From the NCBI GenBank assembly GCA_963624185.1, contig CAVFNP010000001.1, forward strand, positions 48,491 through 112,490: 64,000 nt of DNA, read 5' to 3'. Below are positions 42,645 to 52,747 of this stretch, in pieces. The notes beneath the pieces were generated by a model. That model worked only from the letters and a program-made list of their open reading frames with translations, did not search any database and was not told the origin of the DNA. How positions within the stretch are numbered: position 1 is the stretch's first letter; every line of letters begins with the position of its first letter. This DNA is from Firmicutes bacterium CAG:460 (GTDB lineage: Bacteria > Bacteroidota > Bacteroidia > Bacteroidales > UBA932). The position numbers were made by a program, and so were the translations under genes.

Positions 42645-45214
42645 AAGACTGACCGCAGCAGTTTCCCGAGTTCGATGATCACGGCGGGGAAAATGGACAG
42701 TGCGGCTATCCAGCCCCATTGGCCTTTATTGAGAGGCTCAAGATGGAATATCTGCTGAGCTCCCGGAACAAGCATCACGCCAAGCATCAGGGTTAGCACG
42801 AAAGCTACCGCCATCCAGAGGTATTTGTTCGTGAAGAGGTGGTGGACTATGGCGTTATGCCCCGCACGCACGCAGAAAAGGATGCTTATCTGGGAGAGCG
42901 CCACGACGGCGAATGACATGGTGGTTCCGGTCTGCGGGGAAGTCTCGGCTCCTATGAACCATGCGATCAGCGAAAGCGCGGCTATGAGAAATCCTCTGAA
43001 AAGTGAATTCAGTGCGAATGAACGCGTCATTATGCCTTCTTTCGGATCGATGGGCCTGCGCGTCATTATCCCTTCTTCAGCCATATCGAACCCTAATGCC
43101 AATGCCGGCAGACTGTCGGTCACCAGGTTTATCCAAAGGATATGTATTGGCAGAAGGGGAGATGGGAGATTAAGCAGTACAGCGGTGAAGAGAAGCATCA
43201 GTTCTCCGAAGTTGGTCGAGAGCATGAACCTGATGGTCTTCAGAACGTTATCATAGATGCGACGTCCCTCTTCGACGGCAGATACGATGGTGGCGAAATT
43301 GTCGTCAGTCAATACCACGTCGGCAGCCTCCTTGGCTACGTCGGTGCCGGTGATGCCCATCGCCACGCCTATGTCGGCGAGTCTGAGTGCCGGGGCGTCG
43401 TTCACCCCGTCTCCTGTCATGGCCACCACCTCACCCTTGCTTTTGAAAGCCTTGACTATACGCAGCTTGTCTTCGGGAGACACTCTTGCGAAAACGGACG
43501 CTCCATTTACGGCTTCGCGAAGTTGAGCCTCGGACATCGTCTTCACATCGGCACCGGTATAAGCGCTGTCCGCATCGTGCATTATGCCAAGGTTGCGCGC
43601 TATGGCCACAGCGGTAATCTTGTGGTCTCCGGTTATCATCACTGGCCGAATTCCCGCCTCCTGACATTTTCTGACGGCATCGCGCACTTCCTCCCGCGGA
43701 GGGTCTATCATCCCGGTCATTCCCGCAAAGATCAGTTCCTGTTCGCACTTATCATCCGGAGTGGCTTGACCGGAGTGTTTATATGCCATGCACAATACTC
43801 TGAGGGCCTCGTTTGCCATCTGTCCGTTTTCAGCGGCGAGTCTCTTTTTGTCTTCTTGTGTGAGCGGTCTTGCCGATCCCTTGTCAAGAATAGCGGTGCA
43901 GCGCGAGAGTATTTCGTCAAATCCGCCCTTTACCGCCACATAGTAGCCGCCCTGGGGGTCGGAATGTATGGTGGTCATAAGTTTTCTCTCCGAATCGAAC
44001 GGTATTTCCGCCACGCGTGGATATTCGCGCTGCAGGTCGGATTTCAGAACTTTTTGTCGCTCTCCCAGGGCGATAAGTGCGGTTTCGGTAGGATCGCCTA
44101 TAGGCTGATCGTCTGCGTTTATGGAGGCGTCGTTACATAGAACGGCGATTTTGACAAGTTCCGTTCCGCTTTCAGGAAGACATTTGACAACCGTCATTTT
44201 ATTTTGGGTAAGTGTGCCCGTCTTGTCCGAGCAGATGACTGTAGTGCTGCCGAGAGTTTCGACCGAAGGCATATTGCGTACGATGGCGTTGCGCTTGGCC
44301 AATCTCTGAACCCCCACGGCGAGCACTATGGTAGATACTGCAGGAAGGCCTTCCGGTATGGCGGCCGCGGCCAGACTTACGGCGGTCATGAACATGGACA
44401 GCAGTTCGTGACCATATATCATACCCACAATGAATATTATGACGCAGGCCGCAAGCGAAGCCCAAGCGAGGGCTTTTCCGAGCTTGTCCAAGCGGATCTG
44501 GAGCGGAGTCTTGAAGTCCGGCACGGCCTGTATCATCGAGGCTATCTTGCCTACTTCGGTGTTGACTCCGGTGCTGACCACGATTCCTCTTCCGTGTCCG
44601 TAGGTTACGGCGCAGCTTTGAAAAGCCATGTTCGTCCGGTCGCCAAGACTTGCATCTCCTTCTATTATGGACGTGTTTTTCTCTACCGGAAGAGACTCTC
44701 CCGTAAGGGCCGCCTCCTGAATTTTCAGATTGGACGTTTCCATCAGACGTATATCAGCGGGGACTGAGTCTCCGGTCTCTATCTCAACTACGTCTCCCGG
44801 AACCAGTGTGCGCGATTCTATGATCTGCAGTTTCCCGTCCCGGAGGACCTTGCAGTGCGGCGCGGACATTTTCTTCAGCGCATCAAGCGATTTCTCGGCC
44901 TTGGATTCCTGGATAACCCCTATCACGGCATTCAGGATGACTATGGCCAATATGATTATGGTATCAGTGAACCCTTCTCCGTTGATGCTCCCGACCACGC
45001 CAGATATGATTCCGGCCAATATGAGCACCAGTATCATGAAGCTTTTGAACTGGCTCAAGAATTTGATCCAAATGCTTGTGTGCTTTTTGGAGGAAATCTC
45101 ATTGGGTCCGTACTTAGCGAGTCTTTCCGATACCTGCGAACCGGTCAGTCCGTTTTTAGGATCGCTGTGCAGCTTTTCTGCCGTCTGCTTTTCGGATAAA
45201 TTGTAAAAATTCAT
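42605..45214 (-). CDS. P-type cation-transporting ATPase (Ca2+/PMCA-SERCA-like, P2 type)
   Basis: 869 aa with the phosphorylation motif CSDKTGTLTQNKM, plus TGES, MITGDH and the hinge MTGDGVNDAPAL. Its 3' end overlaps the convergent esterase gene by 40 nt. Confidence 0.9.
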   Translation of the reverse strand: MNFYNLSEKQTAEKLHSDPKNGLTGSQVSERLAKYGPNEISSKKHTSIWIKFLSQFKSFMILVLILAGIISGVVGSINGEGFTDTIIILAIVILNAVIGVIQESKAEKSLDALKKMSAPHCKVLRDGKLQIIESRTLVPGDVVEIETGDSVPADIRLMETSNLKIQEAALTGESLPVEKNTSIIEGDASLGDRTNMAFQSCAVTYGHGRGIVVSTGVNTEVGKIASMIQAVPDFKTPLQIRLDKLGKALAWASLAACVIIFIVGMIYGHELLSMFMTAVSLAAAAIPEGLPAVSTIVLAVGVQRLAKRNAIVRNMPSVETLGSTTVICSDKTGTLTQNKMTVVKCLPESGTELVKIAVLCNDASINADDQPIGDPTETALIALGERQKVLKSDLQREYPRVAEIPFDSERKLMTTIHSDPQGGYYVAVKGGFDEILSRCTAILDKGSARPLTQEDKKRLAAENGQMANEALRVLCMAYKHSGQATPDDKCEQELIFAGMTGMIDPPREEVRDAVRKCQEAGIRPVMITGDHKITAVAIARNLGIMHDADSAYTGADVKTMSEAQLREAVNGASVFARVSPEDKLRIVKAFKSKGEVVAMTGDGVNDAPALRLADIGVAMGITGTDVAKEAADVVLTDDNFATIVSAVEEGRRIYDNVLKTIRFMLSTNFGELMLLFTAVLLNLPSPLLPIHILWINLVTDSLPALALGFDMAEEGIMTRRPIDPKEGIMTRSFALNSLFRGFLIAALSLIAWFIGAETSPQTGTTMSFAVVALSQISILFCVRAGHNAIVHHLFTNKYLWMAVAFVLTLMLGVMLVPGAQQIFHLEPLNKGQWGWIAALSIFPAVIIELGKLLRSVFHLSSSQSRRSVV

Positions 45215-45221
45215 GGATTAA

Positions 45222-45229
45222 TATTTTTG
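45222..45229 (+). promoter_or_regulatory. -7 promoter box (TATTTTTG) upstream of the AraC-family gene
   Basis: It matches TAnnTTTG and lies in the short divergent region between the ATPase and AraC genes. Confidence 0.3.
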
Positions 45230-45295
45230 CAAATATCGAGGAATGTTGGTGGTAATTCATTACATTTATCTGCCAAAATATTTATCAAAAGTCGG

Positions 45296-46165
45296 ATGAT
45301 AGCAAAAGAATTCCAAAATATGGAAAGCCTTACCGTTGAAAGATTCAACCAAGCGGGCTCTGAAGACGAATTCTATCTCAGTTATGACAGGGCTGGGGAT
45401 TTGCCTGTGGCAGGGGATTCGCCGTTCTCGATAGAGGGCATAATGATAGTTCTGTGTCATCGTGGACATTCAAGGGTGACGATAGACGGGAAGAGCCATC
45501 TTCTGAGTGAGGGGAATGTGGTTATCCTGCCGGAAAAACACATAATCAGCATAGAGCGGAATACGGAGCCTATGACGGAGTCCATACTTTTCGTCTCGAC
45601 TGATTTCATTCTCGACATGCCGTCCCCCATAGACACCGATATTTTTGTCTATTCCCGCTTCGCGCCCGTAATAAGCGTGAGTAGGGAGAGAATGGAAGAT
45701 TACAGGAGTTATTTCCGTTTCATAGAGAAGGAGCGCAGGGAGAACGGAAAATATCGAAAACATATAATACGCTCACTTATCTACGCGCTTTTTCTGGAAC
45801 TAACTGCCGAGTTCGAACAACATTATGATGTAGGGTCTGACTGCAAGATAAAAGATGAAAGCCTTTCGGATGCCTTTTTCAGGCTGTTGGCTGCCAATTT
45901 CAGGGAACATCGCAGAGTAAGCTGGTACGCGGAAAGGCTCAATCTTACGCCCAAGTATCTGTCCGAGGTGATTAAGGAGCATACGGGGCGCACCATCCTT
46001 GATTGGGTACATACGTCAGTGATGATAGAGGCCAAGATGCTCCTGAAGACAAGCGGTATGACAGTGCAGCAGGTGGCGGACCATCTTAACTTTTCAAGTT
46101 CTTCCGCTTTTGTGCAGTTTTACCTCAAGCACAGCGGAGTTACGCCCGGCAGCGAGAAAAGGTGA
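45296..46165 (+). CDS. AraC-family transcriptional regulator
   Basis: The C-terminal HTH pair includes YAERLNLTPKYLSEVIKEHTGRTILDWV and VADHLNFSSSSAFVQFYLKHSGVTP. The start is ambiguous (45296 or 45320). Confidence 0.8.
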   Translation: MIAKEFQNMESLTVERFNQAGSEDEFYLSYDRAGDLPVAGDSPFSIEGIMIVLCHRGHSRVTIDGKSHLLSEGNVVILPEKHIISIERNTEPMTESILFVSTDFILDMPSPIDTDIFVYSRFAPVISVSRERMEDYRSYFRFIEKERRENGKYRKHIIRSLIYALFLELTAEFEQHYDVGSDCKIKDESLSDAFFRLLAANFREHRRVSWYAERLNLTPKYLSEVIKEHTGRTILDWVHTSVMIEAKMLLKTSGMTVQQVADHLNFSSSSAFVQFYLKHSGVTPGSEKR

Positions 46166-46242
46166 GAGAGGGACTTGCAGGCCTTTGAGCTTGTAAATTC
46201 AAAGATAAATATTTAACTTTGAAGTCCACTAATTATCAGACG

Positions 46243-46716
46243 ATGACCGAAAGGAGTTTTAATGTCTCGTATATCGAGTATGATTCTATCGAAGAACTTT
46301 GCGAAGCTGACGCTTTGCTTGTAAAAGAGGCAATTGATGCCATGAAAGGCTCCTTTGCTCCATATTCTAATTTTAACGTGGGCGCGGCCCTGAGGCTTGA
46401 CAGCGGACGCATAGTCCTAGGGGCCAATCAGGAGAACGCCGCTTTCCCTTCGGGAATGTGCGCCGAGAGAAGCGCCATGTTTGCGGCTTCGTCACAGTTC
46501 CCCGGCGATCATATCAATTGTATAGCCATAGCGGGAGGTCAGGGGGGCGTGCAGGCAGACGAGCCTGTCTCTCCTTGTGGGGCTTGCCGTCAGGTAATGG
46601 CTCAATATCAGCGTAATGCCGGACATCCTATAGAGGTCATATGGGTCGGAGCCAAGAGAATATGGAAGTTCCCTAATGTGGAGTCGATACTTCCGTTCAT
46701 TTTCGACAATATCTGA
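46243..46716 (+). CDS. cdd: Cytidine deaminase
   Basis: It has the zinc motifs CAERSA and PCGACRQV with correct spacing. About 157 aa from the ATG at 46243. Confidence 0.85.
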   Translation: MTERSFNVSYIEYDSIEELCEADALLVKEAIDAMKGSFAPYSNFNVGAALRLDSGRIVLGANQENAAFPSGMCAERSAMFAASSQFPGDHINCIAIAGGQGGVQADEPVSPCGACRQVMAQYQRNAGHPIEVIWVGAKRIWKFPNVESILPFIFDNI

Positions 46717-46726
46717 AAGAATCTTG

Positions 46727-46798
46727 TACCCCCTAGGCGAATCGAACGCCTATCACAGGAACCGGAATCCTGAATTTTATCCATTAAACTAAGGGGGC
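46727..46798 (-). tRNA. tRNA-Arg (anticodon CCG)
   Basis: I folded the minus strand manually as a cloverleaf. Acceptor GCCCCCT/AGGGGGT; D stem GTTT/AAAT; anticodon stem CAGGA/TCCTG with loop TTCCGGT; T arm AGGCG-TTCGATT-CGCCT. No encoded CCA. Confidence 0.9.
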
Positions 46799-46996
46799 TC
46801 TTTTTTTAGGAAAATTCACGGGAAGCTTGCATCACTGCGAGCTTCCCGCTACTTAACCTAAACTTAAACTATGAAAAACTTCGATACAAAAGTAAAATTT
46901 TTTCTAATAAAATGCAAACTTTAAAAAGAAATAATAATTTTTTCGCTATCATTGCGTCCAAGCTGTGATGTTGCAGTGACACTAAACTTATTGATT

Positions 46997-48148
46997 ATGT
47001 TAAATTTTAGACGCAGAGCCGTATTGGCTCTTGGTTTGGCGGTTTTTATCCTGCCTTCGTGTGATCTCAATTTGTCAGATGAACTTTCTCAAGGTACCCT
47101 GACTTTTCACTTTCCAGAAAATATCGATCTCCCGCGGGTGCCTTTGGTCAGTTTGCTCACGGAAGATGAAAGAAAAAGCGCATCGATAGCGGAGAGCAGC
47201 GTGGAAGTTCAACTTGACACTAATGATTTTATAATCTCGGTGACCAATTCTGCAGGAGCTTCACTTTATTACGGGACATTCGGGGCCGCACCGGAAAAGA
47301 TAATAACCTCGGCCGGGACATATACTGTAAGCGCGAAATCCTGTGAATTTTATACTCCGGTATTCTCTTCTCCTCAATTCGGCGACAGTAAGGTGGTTGT
47401 GGTGAGCGCGGGAAAAGAATGCAACGTCACTCTTGACTGCGTGCAGCTTAACAGCGGTGTTCGTATAAAAATGGACCCTCTCTTTCTAACGGAATACCCG
47501 AACGGAGTGATTTTTCTCAAATCTTCTGAAGGAAAACTGATGTACGGATATTCCGAGAAGCGTATAGCGTATTTCCGTCCGGGTAAGGTGTCTCTGGTGC
47601 TGAGTGATTCAGGAAATGAAACGACGTTGGCTACGTATACCCTCAATGCAAGAGAGATATTGGATCTTAAACTTGAAATATCTGCTTCTTCGCAGACGCC
47701 CCTGGAGTCAGGTCTGCATGTGAAAGTTGATACCTCCAGAGTCTGGATAGATGACAAGATAGCGATAGGCTCTCCAGACGGAGATTCTGGATCGGATAAG
47801 GGTTCAGAAAAGGACAACGCTCTCAGTGTCAGCCAGGCAAAGGAGATGGTCGGGGCATCTGACGTGTGGGTATACGGATATGTGGTAGGAGGAGACTTGT
47901 CTTCGAGCAAATGCAGCTTTACTCCGCCGTTCTCTTCCAGAACCAACATAGTCCTGGCTGCCAAGAGCTCCTGTACGGATAAGGAGGATTGTCTGTCTGT
48001 ACAGCTTTCTACCGGAAGTATCCGTGATGCCATCAATCTCGTGGATAATCCCGGTATTCTAGGTAAGAAAATATATCTTAAAGGTGATATTGTGGAGGCC
48101 TACTATGGTATTCCTGGATTGCAGAGCGTGAGTGAATACGGACTCTAG
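46997..48148 (+). CDS. Hypothetical lipoprotein with a C-terminal OB-like domain (DUF6359-like, from memory)
   Basis: The ATG at 46997 gives MLNFRRRAVLALGLAVFILPSC. The C-terminal VWVYGYVVGG...IYLKGDIVEAYYGIPGLQ resembles the OB-like modules of 27076-28914. Confidence 0.55.
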   Translation: MLNFRRRAVLALGLAVFILPSCDLNLSDELSQGTLTFHFPENIDLPRVPLVSLLTEDERKSASIAESSVEVQLDTNDFIISVTNSAGASLYYGTFGAAPEKIITSAGTYTVSAKSCEFYTPVFSSPQFGDSKVVVVSAGKECNVTLDCVQLNSGVRIKMDPLFLTEYPNGVIFLKSSEGKLMYGYSEKRIAYFRPGKVSLVLSDSGNETTLATYTLNAREILDLKLEISASSQTPLESGLHVKVDTSRVWIDDKIAIGSPDGDSGSDKGSEKDNALSVSQAKEMVGASDVWVYGYVVGGDLSSSKCSFTPPFSSRTNIVLAAKSSCTDKEDCLSVQLSTGSIRDAINLVDNPGILGKKIYLKGDIVEAYYGIPGLQSVSEYGL

Positions 48149-48218
48149 AGAGTAATGTCAATTAAGAAAAAGTCATTATCTTAGCGGGCCGAAGAGGCGA
48201 AGGTGGATAAAAAAAGAG

Positions 48219-48289
48219 AGCGGGATAGGGGAGTCGAACCCCCCTCCTCAGCTTGGGAAGCTGATGCACTACCGATGTGCTAATCCCGC
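48219..48289 (-). tRNA. tRNA-Gly (anticodon CCC)
   Basis: Minus-strand cloverleaf: acceptor GCGGGAT/ATCCCGC; D stem GCAC/GTGC; anticodon stem TCAGC/GCTGA with loop TTCCCAA; T arm GGGGG-TTCGACT-CCCCT. Confidence 0.92.
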
Positions 48290-48320
48290 GTGGAGTGCAA
48301 ATATAGAAAAAAACGCGATA

Positions 48321-50795
48321 ATGAAGAAATTTTTGAAGAATTATGGAGCATATGTAGTGGCCGCCGTGGTGTTTGTAGCCATAACGCTGGTTTATTGTGC
48401 GCCTGCTTTCGAAGGTAAAGTGCTGAGCCAGAGCGACACCATGCAGTGGAAAGGTATGGCTCATGAACTCAAGGAGTATAACGCCACTGCCGATACCCCT
48501 GCCAATTGGACAAATTCCATGTTCGGAGGCATGCCATCGTATCAGATAACGGTAAAACATCCCGGAGACGCTTTTTCCGCTCCGATCTGGTATGTTGATC
48601 AATTCTTCAGAAAGCTTGTTACCCTGTTCTTTGATTCCATTTTCGCTCTGCTTCTGGGGTATTTCCTGGGATTTTTCATAATGCTCCGTTGTTTCGGCGT
48701 GGACAAGTGGCTCAGTATCGTAGGGTCCATAGCCATTTCGATGTCTTCATATTTCTTCCTTATCATTCCCGCCGGGCACGAGGCCAAGGCACTTACGCTG
48801 GGTATGATGGCTCCTGTCATAGGCGGATTCTTTTTGATATTCAGGAAGCGCAAATATCTTCCCGGAGCGGCTCTTGTGATGCTTTACAGCTCGATTGGCC
48901 TGATGAAACATCCGCAGATGTCATATTATATGATTATGATGCTGGGATTGTTCTCCATAGCTGAGATTTATCTACACTTCCGTGAAAGGAAAGGGAAGAA
49001 GCTGTTGGTATCGCTGGCGGTCTTTGCACTCTCCATAGGCGTAGGGGTCGGTACGGGATACAGTCTTTTGAAGGCCAATTCGGAGTATGTCAAGGAGACC
49101 ATCCGAGGTGGTCATTCGGAGCTTAAAGCCGAAGGTGGCGAGCAGCAGAAGGGACTTGATATAGATTATGCGACTGCCTGGAGTTATGGGGTAGACGAGA
49201 CCCTGACTCTCTTGATTCCGAATTACAAGGGAGGAGCCAGCAGTACGGATGTGGGAACGAATTCTGTCATATATAAAGAGGTCATTTCGCAAGGATATGG
49301 GGCTTCTACCGCGCGGGCTTTGAGTGCGCAGTGCCCTACGTATTGGGGAGAACAGCCTTTTACGGCAGGACCTGTTTATGTCGGAGCGATAGTGTGCTTT
49401 TTGTTCCTGCTTGGAGCCATATTGGTTAAGGGAGCTTATAAATGGGCTCTGATAGCTTCTGTGCTCTTTTCTGTGCTTCTTAGCTGGGGGCATAATTTTA
49501 TGGGGCTTACTGAACTGTTTTATAATTATTTCCCGTTCTACAACAAATTCCGCACAGTGTCATCTATCCTGGTAGTGGCGCAGGTTGCGATGCCGCTCCT
49601 CGGATTTCTGGCTTTGAATGATATAATCAGAGGTAAGACAGATAGGCAGAAAACTCTTAAAGCCATATATATAAGTGCCGCAGTAACCGGAGGTTTATGC
49701 CTTTTTATCGCATTGTTTGCCGGTTCTTTATTCTCTTTTACTTCATCTTCCGACGCTACAACTCTTTCCGGAATGCCTGCGTGGTTCCTTCAGGGACTTT
49801 GCGCGCAGCGGGAAAATATGCTCCGAAGTGACGCGCTTCGTTCGGCCGTTTTTATCGCCCTGTCTTCAGGAGTGTTGTATCTGTTCGTAGAGGAGAAGAT
49901 CAGGCTCGTCCACTTGATCCCGGCGCTTGGAGTTTTGATATTGGCAGATATGTGGGGAGTGGACAAACGTTATTTCGGTGAGGCGAACTGGGTAAGGCAG
50001 AAGGAAAACTCTTCGTATTTTGCCATGCAGCCATATGAAAAGCAGATACTTCAGGACGATTCTTATTTTCGTGTGATGAATCTGACCACCAATACGTTCA
50101 ACGAAAGCCGCACCTCGTATTATCTGCATTCCGTAGGAGGTTATCATGCCGCTAAATTGCGTCGTTATCAGGACCTTATAGATGCTCATCTGAGCCGGGG
50201 CAATATGGCTGTGGCCAATATCCTCAACACTAAGTATTTCATAGTTGAGGGAGAGGACAAAAAGCCCGAGGTGATGCTGAACCCGGATCATATGGGCAAC
50301 GCCTGGTTTGTGGACGAACTCTCTGTGGTCGGAACTGCAGTGGAGGAAAGTGATGCTCTGCGTACGCTGGACCTGTCCCGGCAGGCAGTGACAGGAGATA
50401 AATTCTCGTCCTTTAATCTTGGCAACACGTCTTCCGCGGACGGTACCATCAGTCTGACATCGTATGCTCCTGACCGTCTGACTTATGATGCGGAGCTGGA
50501 CGGAGAGAAAACGGCAGTCTTTTCTGAAATATATTATCCGTATGGCTGGAATGCTTACATAGACGGACAGAAAGTGGAGCACTTCAGGGCCGATTATGCG
50601 TTACGTGCTCTCAATATTCCTGCAGGACATCACGAAGTGGTATTTGAATTCCGTCCGGACAGCATATATAAAGGATATAAAGTCAACGCCTTGATGCGTT
50701 ATGTGATGTATCTGTTTATATTTGCTTGTATAGCAGTTCTTTGCTTACGTGGAAGCGGAAAAGGACCAAAGTGGTTGCAGAAGATGGACGTATAG
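48321..50795 (+). CDS. YfhO-family polytopic membrane protein (glycopolymer glycosyltransferase-like)
   Basis: The ATG at 48321 gives MKKFLKNYGAYVVAAVVFVAITLVY...WTNSMFGGMPSYQI, typical of Bacteroidetes YfhO homologs. It has many TM segments. The ORF-track start at 48264 would overlap tRNA-Gly. Confidence 0.75.
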   Translation: MKKFLKNYGAYVVAAVVFVAITLVYCAPAFEGKVLSQSDTMQWKGMAHELKEYNATADTPANWTNSMFGGMPSYQITVKHPGDAFSAPIWYVDQFFRKLVTLFFDSIFALLLGYFLGFFIMLRCFGVDKWLSIVGSIAISMSSYFFLIIPAGHEAKALTLGMMAPVIGGFFLIFRKRKYLPGAALVMLYSSIGLMKHPQMSYYMIMMLGLFSIAEIYLHFRERKGKKLLVSLAVFALSIGVGVGTGYSLLKANSEYVKETIRGGHSELKAEGGEQQKGLDIDYATAWSYGVDETLTLLIPNYKGGASSTDVGTNSVIYKEVISQGYGASTARALSAQCPTYWGEQPFTAGPVYVGAIVCFLFLLGAILVKGAYKWALIASVLFSVLLSWGHNFMGLTELFYNYFPFYNKFRTVSSILVVAQVAMPLLGFLALNDIIRGKTDRQKTLKAIYISAAVTGGLCLFIALFAGSLFSFTSSSDATTLSGMPAWFLQGLCAQRENMLRSDALRSAVFIALSSGVLYLFVEEKIRLVHLIPALGVLILADMWGVDKRYFGEANWVRQKENSSYFAMQPYEKQILQDDSYFRVMNLTTNTFNESRTSYYLHSVGGYHAAKLRRYQDLIDAHLSRGNMAVANILNTKYFIVEGEDKKPEVMLNPDHMGNAWFVDELSVVGTAVEESDALRTLDLSRQAVTGDKFSSFNLGNTSSADGTISLTSYAPDRLTYDAELDGEKTAVFSEIYYPYGWNAYIDGQKVEHFRADYALRALNIPAGHHEVVFEFRPDSIYKGYKVNALMRYVMYLFIFACIAVLCLRGSGKGPKWLQKMDV

Positions 50796-51612
50796 TCAGA
50801 AGATAGAACAGTGACAGGACCAATGTCCCTGCCCATTTGACGATTTCTGAAAGAAGCCTCCGAGGGTATGTGCCTTCATCGAGGCTTCTTCTTTTTTCAC
50901 TGCGTCCCACTCCTTTGGCAAGTTCGATTACATACCTGGTTGTGGTGCGTTTTTGCGGGATCACGTGGTCTACTATGACACTGTGCAGATAGATGATCTT
51001 TCCTCCGTGAGACTTGACTCTTCGGAAGAGGTCTTTTTCTTCTCCTCCCATAAGGTTTCCGCCGCTTCTTCCGAGGGCGGTGTTGAAATCTCCGCACTCC
51101 GCTATGACGCTGCGGCGCAGTCCCATATTGGCCCCTATAGGGAACTCCTTGCCTTTGAAATAGCAGTCCATCTGACCTTTGTCGAGCCCTGACACCCAGC
51201 TTAAAGTCCATCGGCAAAGCCATTTTGGTGCGGGACATTCATCGAATAGAGGAATTATCTTTCCTCCGAATCCGCAAGCTTGCGGATGAGCTTTCATTCC
51301 TCTTTCCAGCTCCGTCAAATATCCTTTACGTGGGATGGCATCGTCGTCAAGAAAGGCCAGAATATTTCCGGCAGATTCTTTTATTCCGGTATTGCGCGCC
51401 CAAGAAAGACCCTGGCGGCTCTCGATGATCAACCGCAGAGGAAAATCCGTGTGGGCGTCCGCGTAGTTCCGGACTTTCTGCAAAGTGCCGTCCGTAGAGT
51501 TGTTGTCTACGACTATCACTTCATAGTCCTTGAAGTCTTCCTTATGCAGCGCATCGAGGACTTTTTCTATGTAGTGCACTCTATTGTAGGTGCAGATAAT
51601 CACTGAAATCAT
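50716..51612 (-). CDS. Family 2 glycosyltransferase
   Basis: MISVIICTYNRVHYIEKVL...VIVVDNNSTDGT...FLDDDA is the GT-A/GT2 signature. Its 3' end overlaps the convergent yfhO-like gene by 80 nt. Confidence 0.85.
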   Translation of the reverse strand: MISVIICTYNRVHYIEKVLDALHKEDFKDYEVIVVDNNSTDGTLQKVRNYADAHTDFPLRLIIESRQGLSWARNTGIKESAGNILAFLDDDAIPRKGYLTELERGMKAHPQACGFGGKIIPLFDECPAPKWLCRWTLSWVSGLDKGQMDCYFKGKEFPIGANMGLRRSVIAECGDFNTALGRSGGNLMGGEEKDLFRRVKSHGGKIIYLHSVIVDHVIPQKRTTTRYVIELAKGVGRSEKRRSLDEGTYPRRLLSEIVKWAGTLVLSLFYLLTIRPSSATTLVLFRFHVSKELLYKQI

Positions 51613-52747
51613 AATATGTCTGTTTGCCGTCCCAGAATTTCTCTATCAGTTCTCTTCTTTTCTTTTCATCCGGGCTCTGCGGCCCTTGTTTAAGGATACG
51701 CAGCAGTTCATCGAATGTGAATGCCTTTTGTCCTATGACATTCTCTTCGAAAGGGTAGAAGAAGTCCCGCTGCTCGGTGTAGTTGTCGTAGTCGAATATA
51801 TAGAGTATCACGTTCTTGCCTTCCATCAGGATATAGTCATAAAGGACAGACGAATAGTCCGTGATAAGCGTGTCCGTGTATGGAAGAATGGGGTAAATGT
51901 CAGCAGAAGGTTGCAGGAAGAAGATATTCCCTTCCCTGAATGTCCTTTTGCCGGGATTGTTGAAGTGATCCTTTACGACAAGAGCGTCTCCGTTATTATT
52001 GAGGATTGGCATTATCTTCTGATAATCAAAATCATGCAGGGCTGATGACCCGCTGTCGCGCCAAGTCGGCATATAGACATATACTTTATTGAATTCTGAC
52101 AGGTCTTTTATCAGTTGAGCGGTACTGTCTTCCTCAAATGTGGATATAAAGGATGCCCGTTCATTTTCGGAGCAGAGCAGTATCTGATTGCGGGGATATC
52201 CTTCTTCTATGCATCTGTCTGCGGAAATTCTGAATGCAGGACTGAACATTGCAGTCTGGAAGGCGGAGGCGGACAGGAATAGGTCCGGCCGCCGGTAAAC
52301 TTCCGGATGATAGAATCTTTCTTTAAGAGTCTTTTTATAATATCTGTCTGATAGCGGACCGCTTTTTATGTTGAATTCGCAGAGCTTGAGCCCCACTCCG
52401 TGCCAAAGGTTAAGCACTTTGACTCCGCCGCTGAGGAAAAACATTATGTCCGAAGTGTATGCTCCTATTACCCACCACGATGAAGTCAAGGCGCGGTGAA
52501 ATCCCTTTGCGGAAAAAAGATAGCAGGCTTGAAGTCCTTTGGCTTTAATCTCTTCCACGACGGTTTTATCTCCGCTTATCCAGCATACGTCATAGCCTTT
52601 TCGGCTGTATTCTATGAAAAGGTATTTGGGATTCCCTTCAAAGCGGTTACGCGGGCAGCCGAACGCAAGGCGCCCTTTCCTTCTTATGAACAGAAAAGAA
52701 AGCGGGTAGAGGGGATAGCAGAGAAGATATTTGATGAATTTGGTCAT
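51581..52747 (-). CDS. CDP-glycerol (or CDP-alditol) glycerophosphotransferase, TagB/TagF family
   Basis: 388 aa. It has the C-terminal block YMPTWRD...LITDYSSVLYDY, characteristic of TagF-like enzymes. It overlaps both neighbouring genes (32 nt and an ATGA overlap). Confidence 0.75.
   Translation of the reverse strand: MTKFIKYLLCYPLYPLSFLFIRRKGRLAFGCPRNRFEGNPKYLFIEYSRKGYDVCWISGDKTVVEEIKAKGLQACYLFSAKGFHRALTSSWWVIGAYTSDIMFFLSGGVKVLNLWHGVGLKLCEFNIKSGPLSDRYYKKTLKERFYHPEVYRRPDLFLSASAFQTAMFSPAFRISADRCIEEGYPRNQILLCSENERASFISTFEEDSTAQLIKDLSEFNKVYVYMPTWRDSGSSALHDFDYQKIMPILNNNGDALVVKDHFNNPGKRTFREGNIFFLQPSADIYPILPYTDTLITDYSSVLYDYILMEGKNVILYIFDYDNYTEQRDFFYPFEENVIGQKAFTFDELLRILKQGPQSPDEKKRRELIEKFWDGKQTYYDFSDYLHLQ

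Noticed and set aside
43142-44140. 332-aa ORF on the plus strand
   Set aside because: It lies antisense to the P-type ATPase gene, which carries DKTGT and GDGVNDAPAL. Its composition is not protein-like, with runs of G/R/H.
46819-46848. 9-bp stem-loop (CGGGAAGCT-N12-AGCTTCCCG) just upstream of tRNA-Arg
   Set aside because: It has no U-tract on either strand and no adjacent gene that it could terminate. I cannot assign a function from sequence alone.
48162-48602. 146-aa minus-strand ORF, and the 48264 start of the long plus-strand ORF
   Set aside because: Both run through the tRNA-Gly(CCC) gene (48219-48289). The YfhO-like protein has a natural ATG at 48321 (MKKFLKNYG...).
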